DNA from: an uncultured Candidatus Saccharibacteria bacterium
GTDB taxonomy: Bacteria > Patescibacteriota > Minisyncoccia > Phycocordibacterales > Phycocordibacteraceae
Length of the DNA: 64,000 nt
Reading direction: 5' to 3'
Assembly: GCA_964650475.1 (NCBI GenBank)
Contig: CAZYRK010000001.1
Span: forward strand, 8,356 to 72,355
A program made the translations under genes and the position numbers. The notes beneath the pieces are model-generated. The model saw nothing but the letters and a program-made list of their open reading frames with translations, made no database searches and was not told the origin of the DNA. The first letter of the stretch is position 1; every line of letters starts with the position of its first letter. Below, in pieces: positions 10,478-20,515 of this stretch.

Positions 10478-11420
10478 AAAGACTTTTAGCTAAATTATTA
10501 ACGGTTTTTTTATAATCTGTAGAGGTAATTCCACAAGCAAACACACGGAGTTTTGCACTTCTTGCACGGCGGTTCTCTTCGAGCTCTTTTGCAGAAGGAA
10601 CTATAGGCTTGCGTGTTACGATAGTTCCCTTGTCTTCATACGCGGCATCGCGAAAAAGATGCTTCACAATCCTGTCTTCTATGCTGTGAAATGTAATAAC
10701 TGCAATGCGTCCGCCGGGACGAGTGCGTTCAATCGCAGAAGTGAGTCCTTCTCGAATGGCGCCGAGCTCATCGTTAACCGCGATACGCAATGCCTGAAAT
10801 GTCCTTGTTGAAGGATGTACACGTCGGTGCTGATACCACGCCGGTGTTGCCATTTCTATTACACGTACTAAATCACCAGTGGTTATGATGTGTTTGTTTT
10901 TTCGTTCACGAACAATCGTGCGAGCTATCTGATACGCAAACCTTTCTTCGCCAAAGTTTCGCAATATATCTGAAAGTTCTTCTTCCGAAGAGCTGTTCAC
11001 AAGCTCAGCTGCAGAATTCGAAGCGTTCTTTCCATACGTCATAAGAAGTGGTTCGTCTTGCTGAAAAGAGAAACCACGCCCTGAAGCAAGCTGAAAACCG
11101 CTCCAACCTAAATCAAAAAGCGACTTATCTATTTTCGATATTTTTAAATCATCCAGTATGCTTGCAAGATTTCTAAAATTGTCTTCAACAAGTTTTATGT
11201 TTGGAGTGTTTCCCAACACGTGCTTTTGCGCGCGTTGTAGAGCGTCTGCATCTGCGTCAATTCCAACCAAAGTTCCGGCACTCCCAAGAAGTGCGAGAAT
11301 CCTTGCAAAATGCCCGGCTCCTCCAACAGTCGCGTCAACTACAGTGTCATCTGCGGAAATCTCAAGCGTTTCAATTGCTTCTTGTGGAAAAACTGTGTCG
11401 TGGCGAGGCTCCATAGGCAT
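10470..11420 (-). CDS. rsmH: 16S rRNA m4C1402 methyltransferase
   Basis: DATVGGAGH, DLGWS, TRTFQALRIAVNDEL, FHSIEDRIVK, NRRARSAKLR. The start may be 11414. Confidence 0.95.
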   Translation of the reverse strand: MPMEPRHDTVFPQEAIETLEISADDTVVDATVGGAGHFARILALLGSAGTLVGIDADADALQRAQKHVLGNTPNIKLVEDNFRNLASILDDLKISKIDKSLFDLGWSGFQLASGRGFSFQQDEPLLMTYGKNASNSAAELVNSSSEEELSDILRNFGEERFAYQIARTIVRERKNKHIITTGDLVRVIEMATPAWYQHRRVHPSTRTFQALRIAVNDELGAIREGLTSAIERTRPGGRIAVITFHSIEDRIVKHLFRDAAYEDKGTIVTRKPIVPSAKELEENRRARSAKLRVFACGITSTDYKKTVNNLAKSLYV

Positions 11421-11854
11421 TAGGCTTTTTCTTGATTACCTATCTTTTCTGCAAAATTATCCGCATCACGTTCGATATCTTTCGTATATTTTTGCCACGC
11501 CTCTTCGTTCCAAAGCTCTACCCTGTCGTTCACACCTGCCACAACCACTTTTGTACCGAGAGATGCGAAAGCTCGTAAATAGTCCGGAACAAGAACGCGC
11601 CCTGCAGAATCCACACCTGTCTCCCCAGCGCCAGCAAGCATGAGGCGCGCAAGCCCACGACCAGCAGAACTACCCATAGAATGGCGCGCCACGTTTTCCG
11701 CCTGATTCTTCCACGCGGATTTCGGGTACACAAAAAGACAATGATCTAGACCACGCGTAACGATTACCGACCGACCAAGCTCCTTCCGAAACTTTGCCGG
11801 AAGGGATATGCGATTTTTTGCGTCTAGGGTGTGTCGGTATTCTCCAATAAACAT
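11420..11854 (-). CDS. mraZ: Transcriptional regulator MraZ
   Basis: MFIGEYRHTLDAKNRISLP and second DSAGRV repeat. Confidence 0.95.
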   Translation of the reverse strand: MFIGEYRHTLDAKNRISLPAKFRKELGRSVIVTRGLDHCLFVYPKSAWKNQAENVARHSMGSSAGRGLARLMLAGAGETGVDSAGRVLVPDYLRAFASLGTKVVVAGVNDRVELWNEEAWQKYTKDIERDADNFAEKIGNQEKA

Positions 11855-11906
11855 AATTTACATTGAGAATGATAGGAGCGCGCTATTTTCATGCTTTTTA
11901 CGCTTT

Positions 11907-11972
11907 CCCACTTCATCCCACTAGTATGTAATTATATGCCACTTTACCCCACTAGACCACACGTTATCCACA
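11907..11972 (-). promoter_or_regulatory. MraZ-type GTGG(G) boxes plus perfect DnaA box upstream of mraZ
   Basis: CCAC(T) repeats at roughly 10-bp phasing (11907-11960); TTATCCACA at 11964-11972. Confidence 0.7.
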
Positions 11973-11975
11973 TCA

Positions 11976-12042
11976 AATCGGCACGCGCCGTACGGCGCGT
12001 GCCGATTAAAAAAACCGCACCGCCTACGGCGGTGCGGTTTTT
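11976..12042. terminator. Tandem hairpins after lysS
   Basis: Perfect 32-bp palindrome 11976-12007, then AAAAACCGCACCGCC-TAC-GGCGGTGCGGTTTTT. Confidence 0.75.
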
Positions 12043-12059
12043 AAACCAAAAACCCAAAA

Positions 12060-13523
12060 CTATTTCTGCGCAGGTCTAAGCAAAGGGAAAAGCTGTGCCT
12101 CTCGTGTTGAGATACCTTCCAAGAAACTAAAGAGTCTCTCCGATACACCGAAACCAAATGTCGGTGGCATTCCATATTCGAGAGCATCTACATAAGAAAC
12201 GTCATTCATCTGCGCTTCTTCATCACCGCCATCACGAAGCGATTGCTGGTGTGCAAAACGTTCAGCTTGATCTACAGGGTCATTTAATTCACTGAAACCC
12301 TTACCTACTTCCGATCCAGCAATAATCACCTGAAAACGTTCGACAACACGCGGGTCTTTTTCACTTCGCTTTGCAAGCGGTTCCATGTAAACTGGCACTC
12401 CTATCAAAAAACCCGGTCCTGACAAATCTTTTCGTATGTGTTTCCAAAGAGTGTCCACTCCGCGTTCAAGACTTAGCCCCTTCTTTTCAAACGGAATTTT
12501 ATTTTGCGTTAGTGCATTCTGTACTTCTTCAAGATTCGTTTCAAGCGGATCAATATCAAAAGACTCCTTAATAAGGGCGCAGAAATCGTACCTTTGCCAC
12601 TCCGAACCAAAATCAACCTCATGCTCACGTATTGTAAACTTGCGAGTACCATACACTTCATCAGCAATTTTTTTATAAAGTTCGGTAATCATATTCATAC
12701 CCTCTTCATAATCCTTAAACGCCTCGTAAAATTCCACCTGAGTATAGTCTTGCGCATGTTCAAATGACATTCCTTCATTCCTAAAGATACGACCTATCTC
12801 AAACACTTTCGGTAGCCCTGCAATCATAAGGCGTTTTTGCCACAGCTCCCCTGCGCTTATACGCAGATAAACGTCAATATTTAACGCGTTGTGATGAGTA
12901 GCAAAAGGTTTTGCGTCTGCACCGCCAGTAGTACTCTCAAGCACAGGTGTCTCAACTTCTGTATATTCTCTATCAAGTAAAAATGTACGGATAGTGTTCC
13001 AAAAAGCCGAACGCCTGCGAAAACGATCTGCCAGCTCCCTTGAAAGCAAAATATCTAGATATCGTTTTCGATACCTTTCTTCTTCATCCTTAATACCAAA
13101 CCACTCGTCCGGTATCGGACGTATGGATTTTGCTAGCATTCTCCATGAAGAAACCAAAAGAGACGGCATCCCGCGTTTGGTTGTAAACGCCATTCCCGTA
13201 CACTCGATAAAATCTCCTATATCTACAGCGCTCGCAAAGAGAGCAAAAGCGTCTTCACTAAGATTGTCTTTTTTCAAATACCCCTGTACACGATCTGTTC
13301 CGTCAAAAATATCCAGAAACACAGAGCCTCCGTGTTCGCGTATAGACATGACGCGCCCTGCAAGCGTAACTGTTTCGTTATTCGTTTCAAGTACAGAATG
13401 ATTTTCAAGGAAAAGCGCTCCCGTATGTGTACGATTTGTGTGTGCCGGAAAAGGGTTTACGCCACTGTCTCGCAAACGTGCGATTTTTTCAAGACGATTG
13501 TCGCGTATCTCATCTAATGCCAT
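12060..13523 (-). CDS. lysS: Lysine--tRNA ligase (class II)
   Basis: OB-fold N-terminus; FEIGRIFRNEG, YGMPPTFGFG. Confidence 0.96.
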   Translation of the reverse strand: MALDEIRDNRLEKIARLRDSGVNPFPAHTNRTHTGALFLENHSVLETNNETVTLAGRVMSIREHGGSVFLDIFDGTDRVQGYLKKDNLSEDAFALFASAVDIGDFIECTGMAFTTKRGMPSLLVSSWRMLAKSIRPIPDEWFGIKDEEERYRKRYLDILLSRELADRFRRRSAFWNTIRTFLLDREYTEVETPVLESTTGGADAKPFATHHNALNIDVYLRISAGELWQKRLMIAGLPKVFEIGRIFRNEGMSFEHAQDYTQVEFYEAFKDYEEGMNMITELYKKIADEVYGTRKFTIREHEVDFGSEWQRYDFCALIKESFDIDPLETNLEEVQNALTQNKIPFEKKGLSLERGVDTLWKHIRKDLSGPGFLIGVPVYMEPLAKRSEKDPRVVERFQVIIAGSEVGKGFSELNDPVDQAERFAHQQSLRDGGDEEAQMNDVSYVDALEYGMPPTFGFGVSERLFSFLEGISTREAQLFPLLRPAQK

Positions 13524-13589
13524 TACGCGATACTATAGCAGAAAAAAATTAAGCGTGCGTTAAAAACCAGACAATTTTACTAAAATAAA

Positions 13590-14063
13590 TTACCCGACTT
13601 TCTCTATTGTGTATGTTTGCTTTCCGTTTGGTGTTTCAAAAGTAAACGAATCACCTTTTTTCTTTCCTATAAGCGCGGCGCCTAGTGGCGAAACATGCGA
13701 GAGCTTGTGTGCGCGCATGTCAGCTTCTTCACTCCCAACTATTGTGTACTCGTATGAAGCGTCACCGTCTTTCCTTCGAATTGTTACTACGGAACCGAAA
13801 CCAACTTCATTTTTCTTTTTTCCGTTTGTGATAATCTTTGCGTTTTTTACCAAATCCTCAAGACGACGAATCCTCTCTTCTGTTGCGGCTTGTAGTTCTC
13901 GCGCTTCTTGATACTCTGCATTTTCAGAAAGATCGCCGAGCGAACGTGTGTACTCGAGATTCTTTGCAATCTCTGTTCGTCGCTCTGTCTTTAAATACTC
14001 AAGCTCTCGCACCATGTCATCAAATTTTTCTTGCGAAACGATTGTGTCTTGTGTCTCTTCCAT
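13590..14063 (-). CDS. greA: Transcription elongation factor GreA
   Basis: GDLSENAEY, SPLGAALIG. Confidence 0.96.
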   Translation of the reverse strand: MEETQDTIVSQEKFDDMVRELEYLKTERRTEIAKNLEYTRSLGDLSENAEYQEARELQAATEERIRRLEDLVKNAKIITNGKKKNEVGFGSVVTIRRKDGDASYEYTIVGSEEADMRAHKLSHVSPLGAALIGKKKGDSFTFETPNGKQTYTIEKVG

Positions 14064-14191
14064 AGTTTGAAATATTTAAATTTAATGTATGTTTTTACTT
14101 TCTTTAATGTACGTATTGTACTCAAGCAATACTATAGTGCAAGATACCCCGATACTGTTAATTGCACAAACAAGTGCGTTCCGATAAAGCA

Positions 14192-15937
14192 TTACAATAC
14201 CCCCACTTGTTTTGAGGAAGTAGCTACAGAAGAGCTTGTCTTGCTTGTTGATGATGCAAATATGTTTGTTCCGCCAACATACTGAGAATTTATCTTATGC
14301 AATGAAACAAAAAGCTCACGCATGACATTTACAGCCTGCTCGCCCGCACCCGAGGGACCTCGCTCAAGCACAACAGCAAAAGCATACTCCGGTTTTTCAT
14401 ATGGGAAAAAACCTTCCACCCACGCATTGTCGTATTGATTGTTCAAACCAACTTGCGCTGTACCGGTTTTTGCTGCGACAGCTACGTACGGAAGGTTTAT
14501 CGCTCCAGCAAGAGCTTCTGTTACACCCTGCCTCATTCCGGCACGCACTGTTGCGAGATTTTTCTTCGATACCGGAATTTTCTTCGAGACGTATGTTTTG
14601 TCTTCTACCAACATCGGCGTAAGAAGCGTTCCGCCATTTGCTACAGAAGCCGTGGCGCGCACCATCTGTATCGGGGTGACCTGCATACCGTACTGTCCTA
14701 TAGATGTAAAATAAGTATCACCGAGATACCATGGTTGCTTGAATACAGACTCTTTCCATTTTGGGCTCGGAATTATTCCTACAGCTTCTCCCGGCAAATC
14801 AATTCCTGTTCGTTTACCGAGACCAAACTGTTCATACCAATAATCAAGCCTGTCAATCCCCAAACCTTTCATATCTTTAAAACCACCACCTACAGTATAA
14901 AAGAAAATGTCGGAAGACCATGCAATCGCTTTTTCAACGTTTACTGGACCGAGCGCCTTCCATCCGATATAAACAAAATTGTGCCCAGGACGATACGGGT
15001 TTGGTATAAGTATTTTACCCTTATCGTCAATCACAGTATCCTTTGTAATGATTCCATCGGTGAGTGCACCGGATGCAACAAACGGTTTTACAATCGAGCC
15101 CGGAGTGTAAATACCCTGAACAGCATGATCAAGGAAAGGATGTCCTGCATCGGTGTTATATTTTGCAATTACGCTTGACGGTCCACCATTGACCATTATA
15201 TTCGGGTCGTAACTCGGATAAGAAACAATGGCGCGAACAGCTCCGGTGTGAACGTCCATAATCACACCCGCTCCGGCAACAAAATGTTTGGCTTTCACAA
15301 TATCTGAAAGGGCTTTTGCAAACTTCTTTTCCAGTGTCGCGTCGATTGTCAGAGCGAGTTTGTTCCCTTCTACTGCAGAAACTACCGTGCCTTGCGAACG
15401 CACATTACCAAGAGCATCACGCTCCGTAAGAATCTTTCCATTTTTACCAGTAAGACGCGTATTATATACCGCTTCAAGACCGGCTAACCCAACTTCAGCT
15501 GTACTGTAATAATTTCCGCTCGAATCTTTCTTTAATGACGACACGTAACCAATAATTTGACCCATCTCCGGCAATGTGTAGTGCCTGCGTATACTGCCAT
15601 CTGAGTTCTTAATATTCTCAGCAAGAACCGTTCCGTACACATCCGTAATAACTCCGCGAGGTGCAAAAATCGTTGTAGCTTCCAAGCTGTTGTGCGCGCT
15701 TTCAGTAGCAAACTTACTTCCTTTCCAAATCTGTAAATAACCTGTACGCAATAATAAAACTGCAAAAATAATTCCGACAGAAACAAAAACCCAAAAGAAA
15801 GTACGTTGTGATATCGGTTTTTCAAAACGTCCTTCAAACTGTTCTCTGTTAAATTTTTGAAGATTACTTGCGTCGAGAAATATCTCGTCCGGAGCGATTT
15901 CATGAACAATAATACGTTTTTTACGAAAAAATCTCAT
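14192..15937 (-). CDS. mrdA: Penicillin-binding protein 2 (elongasome transpeptidase)
   Basis: PGSIVK, SSD, KTGTAQ, GIDLPGE; downstream of mreBC. Confidence 0.85.
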   Translation of the reverse strand: MRFFRKKRIIVHEIAPDEIFLDASNLQKFNREQFEGRFEKPISQRTFFWVFVSVGIIFAVLLLRTGYLQIWKGSKFATESAHNSLEATTIFAPRGVITDVYGTVLAENIKNSDGSIRRHYTLPEMGQIIGYVSSLKKDSSGNYYSTAEVGLAGLEAVYNTRLTGKNGKILTERDALGNVRSQGTVVSAVEGNKLALTIDATLEKKFAKALSDIVKAKHFVAGAGVIMDVHTGAVRAIVSYPSYDPNIMVNGGPSSVIAKYNTDAGHPFLDHAVQGIYTPGSIVKPFVASGALTDGIITKDTVIDDKGKILIPNPYRPGHNFVYIGWKALGPVNVEKAIAWSSDIFFYTVGGGFKDMKGLGIDRLDYWYEQFGLGKRTGIDLPGEAVGIIPSPKWKESVFKQPWYLGDTYFTSIGQYGMQVTPIQMVRATASVANGGTLLTPMLVEDKTYVSKKIPVSKKNLATVRAGMRQGVTEALAGAINLPYVAVAAKTGTAQVGLNNQYDNAWVEGFFPYEKPEYAFAVVLERGPSGAGEQAVNVMRELFVSLHKINSQYVGGTNIFASSTSKTSSSVATSSKQVGVL

Positions 15938-15946
15938 GTTATTAAC

Positions 15947-16222
15947 TCATGTCATTAATATATGCGTATGTACAAAACGACGCATTGCAAAAAATAAAAG
16001 CATCACGACAAAGCCCCACATACTTGCATGAGGTATGCTAGCTAAACCATGCGCAAAATACAGCGAGTCTATTTCAATACCAACAACAAGAGCAACCGGA
16101 GGGTACCAAAATGAAGCAATAACAGCTACTGACACCACGTATTGCCACGGGAAAAATAAAGGGGCTATCAATGCAAATATACTTATGGAGCGTCCAAACA
16201 TATTTTTACTAACGAGCAACAT
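15947..16222 (-). CDS. Small hydrophobic protein in the mreD position
   Basis: 91 aa, about 3 hydrophobic segments, between mreC and mrdA. Confidence 0.5.
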   Translation of the reverse strand: MLLVSKNMFGRSISIFALIAPLFFPWQYVVSVAVIASFWYPPVALVVGIEIDSLYFAHGLASIPHASMWGFVVMLLFFAMRRFVHTHILMT

Positions 16223-16991
16223 TAACCATCATAATGGAGAACGGATTTACAAAAGGACGTATATGCAGAACCACAGTAACCGCTGCCGGGTCATTATCTA
16301 TCTTAGCGACTACACCTATCGGCGCAGAACCATTTCCAGACACATAAACAAGCTCTCCAACAGTCGCGCTAATCTGGCGAGAGACTTCAGAACTAAAAGC
16401 TCCCGCACCGTCACCGCTCAATATTATAGGTGTTCGAGAAGTCCCTATCCAAGCGTTTGTTTTTTTAGCTGGAGATGAAAAAAGAACAACATGCGCTGTG
16501 TGAGATGTGATATCTGATATTTTTCCAACAGGAACACCTCCTTGCGCAGAAACACTGTCTCCTACGGCAATAGCGTCCGCGCTTCCTGCATCGATAAGCA
16601 AAGTGTCGTAAGGAGACTCTGGTGGTCGCGAAAGAACATTTGCAACCACTCCATAAGTGTTTTTTGTTGACGTACCTACAAGAGTTGTTAAATCTTGTAC
16701 CTGCGCTGTAAGTGCCCTGTTCTCATTTTCAAGTATTGTATTTTTTAACACGAGAGAATCTCTTTTATGAACGAGTGCTTGTTTATCTGCAAAAATATTC
16801 ATTACCGTGGCCACGCTGGCGCTAAGAGAGGTGCCGGCGCGTAGCGCCGGCACCTCTGCAAAAGAAAAGATACCTGGCGTAACAATACGTACAAAAAGTA
16901 CAAAAAAACCAAATGCTAGTACAGCAGTGCCGAACGAAAACATACGCACACTAAAAAGTGCTTTATTTCTGCGATAAAATTGCTTCTTCAT
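16209..16991 (-). CDS. mreC: Rod shape-determining protein MreC
   Basis: TM, coiled coil, beta-rich domain (TLLIDAGS); follows mreB. Confidence 0.85.
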   Translation of the reverse strand: MKKQFYRRNKALFSVRMFSFGTAVLAFGFFVLFVRIVTPGIFSFAEVPALRAGTSLSASVATVMNIFADKQALVHKRDSLVLKNTILENENRALTAQVQDLTTLVGTSTKNTYGVVANVLSRPPESPYDTLLIDAGSADAIAVGDSVSAQGGVPVGKISDITSHTAHVVLFSSPAKKTNAWIGTSRTPIILSGDGAGAFSSEVSRQISATVGELVYVSGNGSAPIGVVAKIDNDPAAVTVVLHIRPFVNPFSIMMVNVAR

Positions 16992-18024
16992 GTAAGAAAA
17001 TATCTACAAACGGTCTCGGGTCCTCGGTAATAATCCCCGTACCGCGAACAACCGCCGTTAAAGGATCGGACGCTATGCGTACCGGAACACCGAGCATCTG
17101 CGAAAGCAAATCTGGTAGCCCGCGAAGCAACGCTCCGCCACCAAACACGACAACGCCTCTCTCAAGTACGTCTGAAAGAAGTTCGGGAGGAGTTTGTTCT
17201 ATCACATCTTTTAGTGCGTCTAGCAGACCGTCAAGAGAAGGTGTAATAGCCTCTCGAACGTGATCGTTCGACAAAATAACTTCGCGAGGAAGCCCTGTGG
17301 CAAGGTCTCTTCCACGAACACTGCGTGAGATTTTTTCTGGCTGAGGCAAAACAGCTCCTATTGAAATTTTTACATCTTCTGCTGTCCTCTCGCCTATGGA
17401 AAGCCTAAATTCATTACGCACATAATCGGTAATCATATCGTTAAAGTGGTCCCCTGCAATATACGAGCTTTTCGATGCGACCGTTCCGCCGAGAGAAAGC
17501 ATCGCTATATCACACGTGCCCCCGCCGATATCAAGAACCATTGTTCCGACCGCTTCATGTATAGGTAGCTTTGCACCAACAGCTCCTGCAACCGGCTCTT
17601 CAATAATATAAACTTCCCGCGCGCCGGCTGTAAAAGCAGCGTCACGCACCGCACGACTTTCAACATTTGTAACCCCTGTTGGAACACCCACAACAACGCG
17701 CGGTCCAAAAAAACGCGCCCTACCACCCTGCGCCTTATTTATAAGATATGCCAAAAGCTCTTCAGTGGCTTCAAAGTCTGAAATAACCCCGTGCGACAAA
17801 GGTCGCACGGCGCGAATGTGAGGAGGTGTTTTTCCAAGCATAACCTTCGCTTCCCCGCCAACAGCGACCATCTGACCTGTTTTGTCATTTATAGCGATTA
17901 CAGAAGGTTCGTTTATCACGATACCGCGACCGCGCACATAGACCAGTGTGTTTGCAGTTCCTAGATCGATACCTATATCGCTGGAAAAAAATGAGCTCTT
18001 TGAAATTTTCGGAACTTTTGCCAT
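16963..18024 (-). CDS. mreB: Rod shape-determining protein MreB
   Basis: IGIDLGTANT, EPSV, DIGGGT, GERTAE, GGGALL. Confidence 0.96.
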   Translation of the reverse strand: MAKVPKISKSSFFSSDIGIDLGTANTLVYVRGRGIVINEPSVIAINDKTGQMVAVGGEAKVMLGKTPPHIRAVRPLSHGVISDFEATEELLAYLINKAQGGRARFFGPRVVVGVPTGVTNVESRAVRDAAFTAGAREVYIIEEPVAGAVGAKLPIHEAVGTMVLDIGGGTCDIAMLSLGGTVASKSSYIAGDHFNDMITDYVRNEFRLSIGERTAEDVKISIGAVLPQPEKISRSVRGRDLATGLPREVILSNDHVREAITPSLDGLLDALKDVIEQTPPELLSDVLERGVVVFGGGALLRGLPDLLSQMLGVPVRIASDPLTAVVRGTGIITEDPRPFVDIFLHEEAILSQK

Positions 18025-18027
18025 ACG

Positions 18028-19263
18028 CTACATTTTAAGTATCTCTTCACGAGTTTTCTTTTCTAGCGAGCCGTCTGCTCTACGCACAACTTCTATAGAA
18101 TTTTCCGCAACGGCGTTTTTGCCGATTATAATCCGATACGGAATACCGAGAAGGTCGCTGTCCGTAAACTTTTCTCCGGCGCGCGCATCGCGATCGTCAT
18201 AAAGAACCTCAATTCCATTTTTCTGCATATCTGCATACAGCTTATCTGCGTATTCATGTACAGAAGCATCCGTACCTGCGAGTGAAATTAAATGAACCTT
18301 AAACGGAGCGATAGACTCCGGCCAAACAATACCTTTTTCATCCGACAAAACTTCAACAACGGTACCAATAAGACGTGTTGGTCCTATTCCATAACAACCC
18401 ATTACAACCGGAACGTCTTTACCTTCTTCGTCTTTAAATGAGAGACCGAGTGGCTCAGAAAAACGAGTTCCGAGTTTGAAAATATTCCCGACTTCAATCG
18501 CTGTGTGCTTTTCAAGACCTTCGCTAGAAAGCCCTATGTCACTAAGCACTTCATCTTTCATAACCTCACTGTTTACAGCGATATTTTTTTCTCGAGAAAG
18601 ATATACTGTGTCTTCTCCGGCATCAGAGAGAGTTTGAAATTCATGGCTGTATTTTGAAAACGCTCCACCTGAAGCAAACGTAAGAAAAGTATATTCACCA
18701 ATACCTACCTGCTCAAACACGCGAACATAAGCGCCTTTAGCTTTCTCATAAAATGCATCTAAATCTTCTTGGTTTCTATGAAAAGAATAAAGATCTTTCA
18801 TTAAAAATTCGCGCCCGCGCATAACTCCAGATTTTGCGCGCTCTTCATTGCGAAACTTTGTTTGAATCTGATATACAGAAAAAGGAAGATCTCTGTACGA
18901 GTTTATGTATTGCGACGCGATACGAGTGACGGTCTCTTCTTGTGTCCAACCAAAACCGATTTCGCCACCAGCCTTGAGAGAGGTCTTAAACCATATATCT
19001 TGTTCCCATCTGTCTGTCTTTTTCCAAATCTCCGGATTTTGAAGCTCGGACATCACAAGCTCCTGCCCGCCTATCGCGTTCATCTCTTTTCTGATAATTT
19101 CTACGATTTTATTTAAGACTCGCAGACCAAGCGGGAGATAAGAATAAACTCCCGCCATTTCTTTATGCACATAACCGGCACGAATAAGAAGCTGGGCATT
19201 CTTAGAGAGCTCGTCACGTGGCGCAGAGCGTCGGGTTTTTGTAAAAAGAAGTGATTGGCGCAT
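18028..19263 (-). CDS. proS: Proline--tRNA ligase, short form without INS editing domain
   Basis: MRQS start at 19263; KFRNEERAKSGVMRGREF, MGCYGIG, YDDR. Confidence 0.92.
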   Translation of the reverse strand: MRQSLLFTKTRRSAPRDELSKNAQLLIRAGYVHKEMAGVYSYLPLGLRVLNKIVEIIRKEMNAIGGQELVMSELQNPEIWKKTDRWEQDIWFKTSLKAGGEIGFGWTQEETVTRIASQYINSYRDLPFSVYQIQTKFRNEERAKSGVMRGREFLMKDLYSFHRNQEDLDAFYEKAKGAYVRVFEQVGIGEYTFLTFASGGAFSKYSHEFQTLSDAGEDTVYLSREKNIAVNSEVMKDEVLSDIGLSSEGLEKHTAIEVGNIFKLGTRFSEPLGLSFKDEEGKDVPVVMGCYGIGPTRLIGTVVEVLSDEKGIVWPESIAPFKVHLISLAGTDASVHEYADKLYADMQKNGIEVLYDDRDARAGEKFTDSDLLGIPYRIIIGKNAVAENSIEVVRRADGSLEKKTREEILKM

Positions 19264-19335
19264 ATACATACAGTATACGTGCCTAAGGCGTAGTGTGCAA
19301 AAAACCGATTTCGCGGTTTTTTTGCCTACAAACAA

Positions 19336-20445
19336 CTACCCAAATATTCTGAAAATATCGTGAGCAGTAACAACGACCATAAGTATTATAATTAAAATAA
19401 AACCTACTGCGTTCATTAACTGCGTTATGCGAGGCTTAATCGGGCGACGTGTTATAGCTTCAATAATTACAAAAAACAATCTTCCGCCATCAAGCGCCGG
19501 AATCGGGATGAGATTTATAAGAGCTAGGTTTATGGAAATTAATGCCATGAGTGAAAAAATATTACCGAGACCGGAAGATGCCGCTGCACCAACAGCACTC
19601 GCTATCCCGATAGGGCCAGAAACTTGTGATAAGTTTGCAGAAAATGTAACGGCGTGCGCAAGAAATGATACAAGCCCTACAGCTGTTTCGCGTGTAAGCT
19701 CCCATGTTATGGCAGTGCCTGTTTTTATCGCATTAGTAAACGACAACGGCAAAATACCTACCGGTGATATCCCAACACCAAGTATAAACCGGTTTGGATT
19801 AGAAGGAGCAATCCCTTGAACTGGTGTTGCAGTAACGGTGCGATTAACTCCGTTGCTGATGATTGAAATCTGTATCGGTGCGCCTTTATCAGAAGATACA
19901 AATTTGGTAAAAGCCACCGCATCTGCACCTTTCCATGACGCTGTTTTTGTGTGTGCGGTTTTTATAAAGTCTCCGGGGACAATACCCGCGCGCTCTGCCG
20001 GAGAACCGGGAAGCACACTACCGACAGCAAGAGACACATTACTGGCGTGCGGAATCTCAGCAACAGAAAGAGCGCGCGGGGTTCCGACCAGCAAAGCTCC
20101 CGTTAAAAGAATCCATGCGAATATAAGATTCATTGTAATACCGGCAAGTAAAACAAAAGCCTGTGCTAATCTGGATTTCTCGGTAAAAGCTCCTGTTTTT
20201 GGTTTTCCGGCTTCGCCTTTTACAACCCCAACTTCATTTTCTCCGAAAATTCGCACAAAACCACCAAAAGGAAGTGCGTTTATTGTGTACTCGGTTTCTC
20301 CAAACTTTTTTCCTGCAATACGTGGCGGGTATCCAAGCCCAAACTCGTCAACACGCATACCGCAAGCCTTTGCTGCAAAAAAGTGCCCTGCCTCATGCAC
20401 AAGGATAAGCACAACCAATACACCTATAAAAATCAAAATACTCAT
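19336..20445 (-). CDS. rseP: RIP metalloprotease RseP (M50, PDZ)
   Basis: HEAGH, NLIPIPALDGG, PDZ-like GSPAERAG. Confidence 0.92.
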   Translation of the reverse strand: MSILIFIGVLVVLILVHEAGHFFAAKACGMRVDEFGLGYPPRIAGKKFGETEYTINALPFGGFVRIFGENEVGVVKGEAGKPKTGAFTEKSRLAQAFVLLAGITMNLIFAWILLTGALLVGTPRALSVAEIPHASNVSLAVGSVLPGSPAERAGIVPGDFIKTAHTKTASWKGADAVAFTKFVSSDKGAPIQISIISNGVNRTVTATPVQGIAPSNPNRFILGVGISPVGILPLSFTNAIKTGTAITWELTRETAVGLVSFLAHAVTFSANLSQVSGPIGIASAVGAAASSGLGNIFSLMALISINLALINLIPIPALDGGRLFFVIIEAITRRPIKPRITQLMNAVGFILIIILMVVVTAHDIFRIFG

Positions 20446-20515
20446 ATCGAATTCAAAAAATTAAAGTTTGTTTTGTTTTTTAGTAAAAAAAGCTACATGC
20501 TCTGGCATACTTAAT

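Noticed and set aside
16831-16853. GC hairpin GTGCCGGCGC-GTA-GCGCCGGCAC inside mreC
   Set aside because: It is a single copy in coding sequence with no U-tract and is unrelated to P1/P2.
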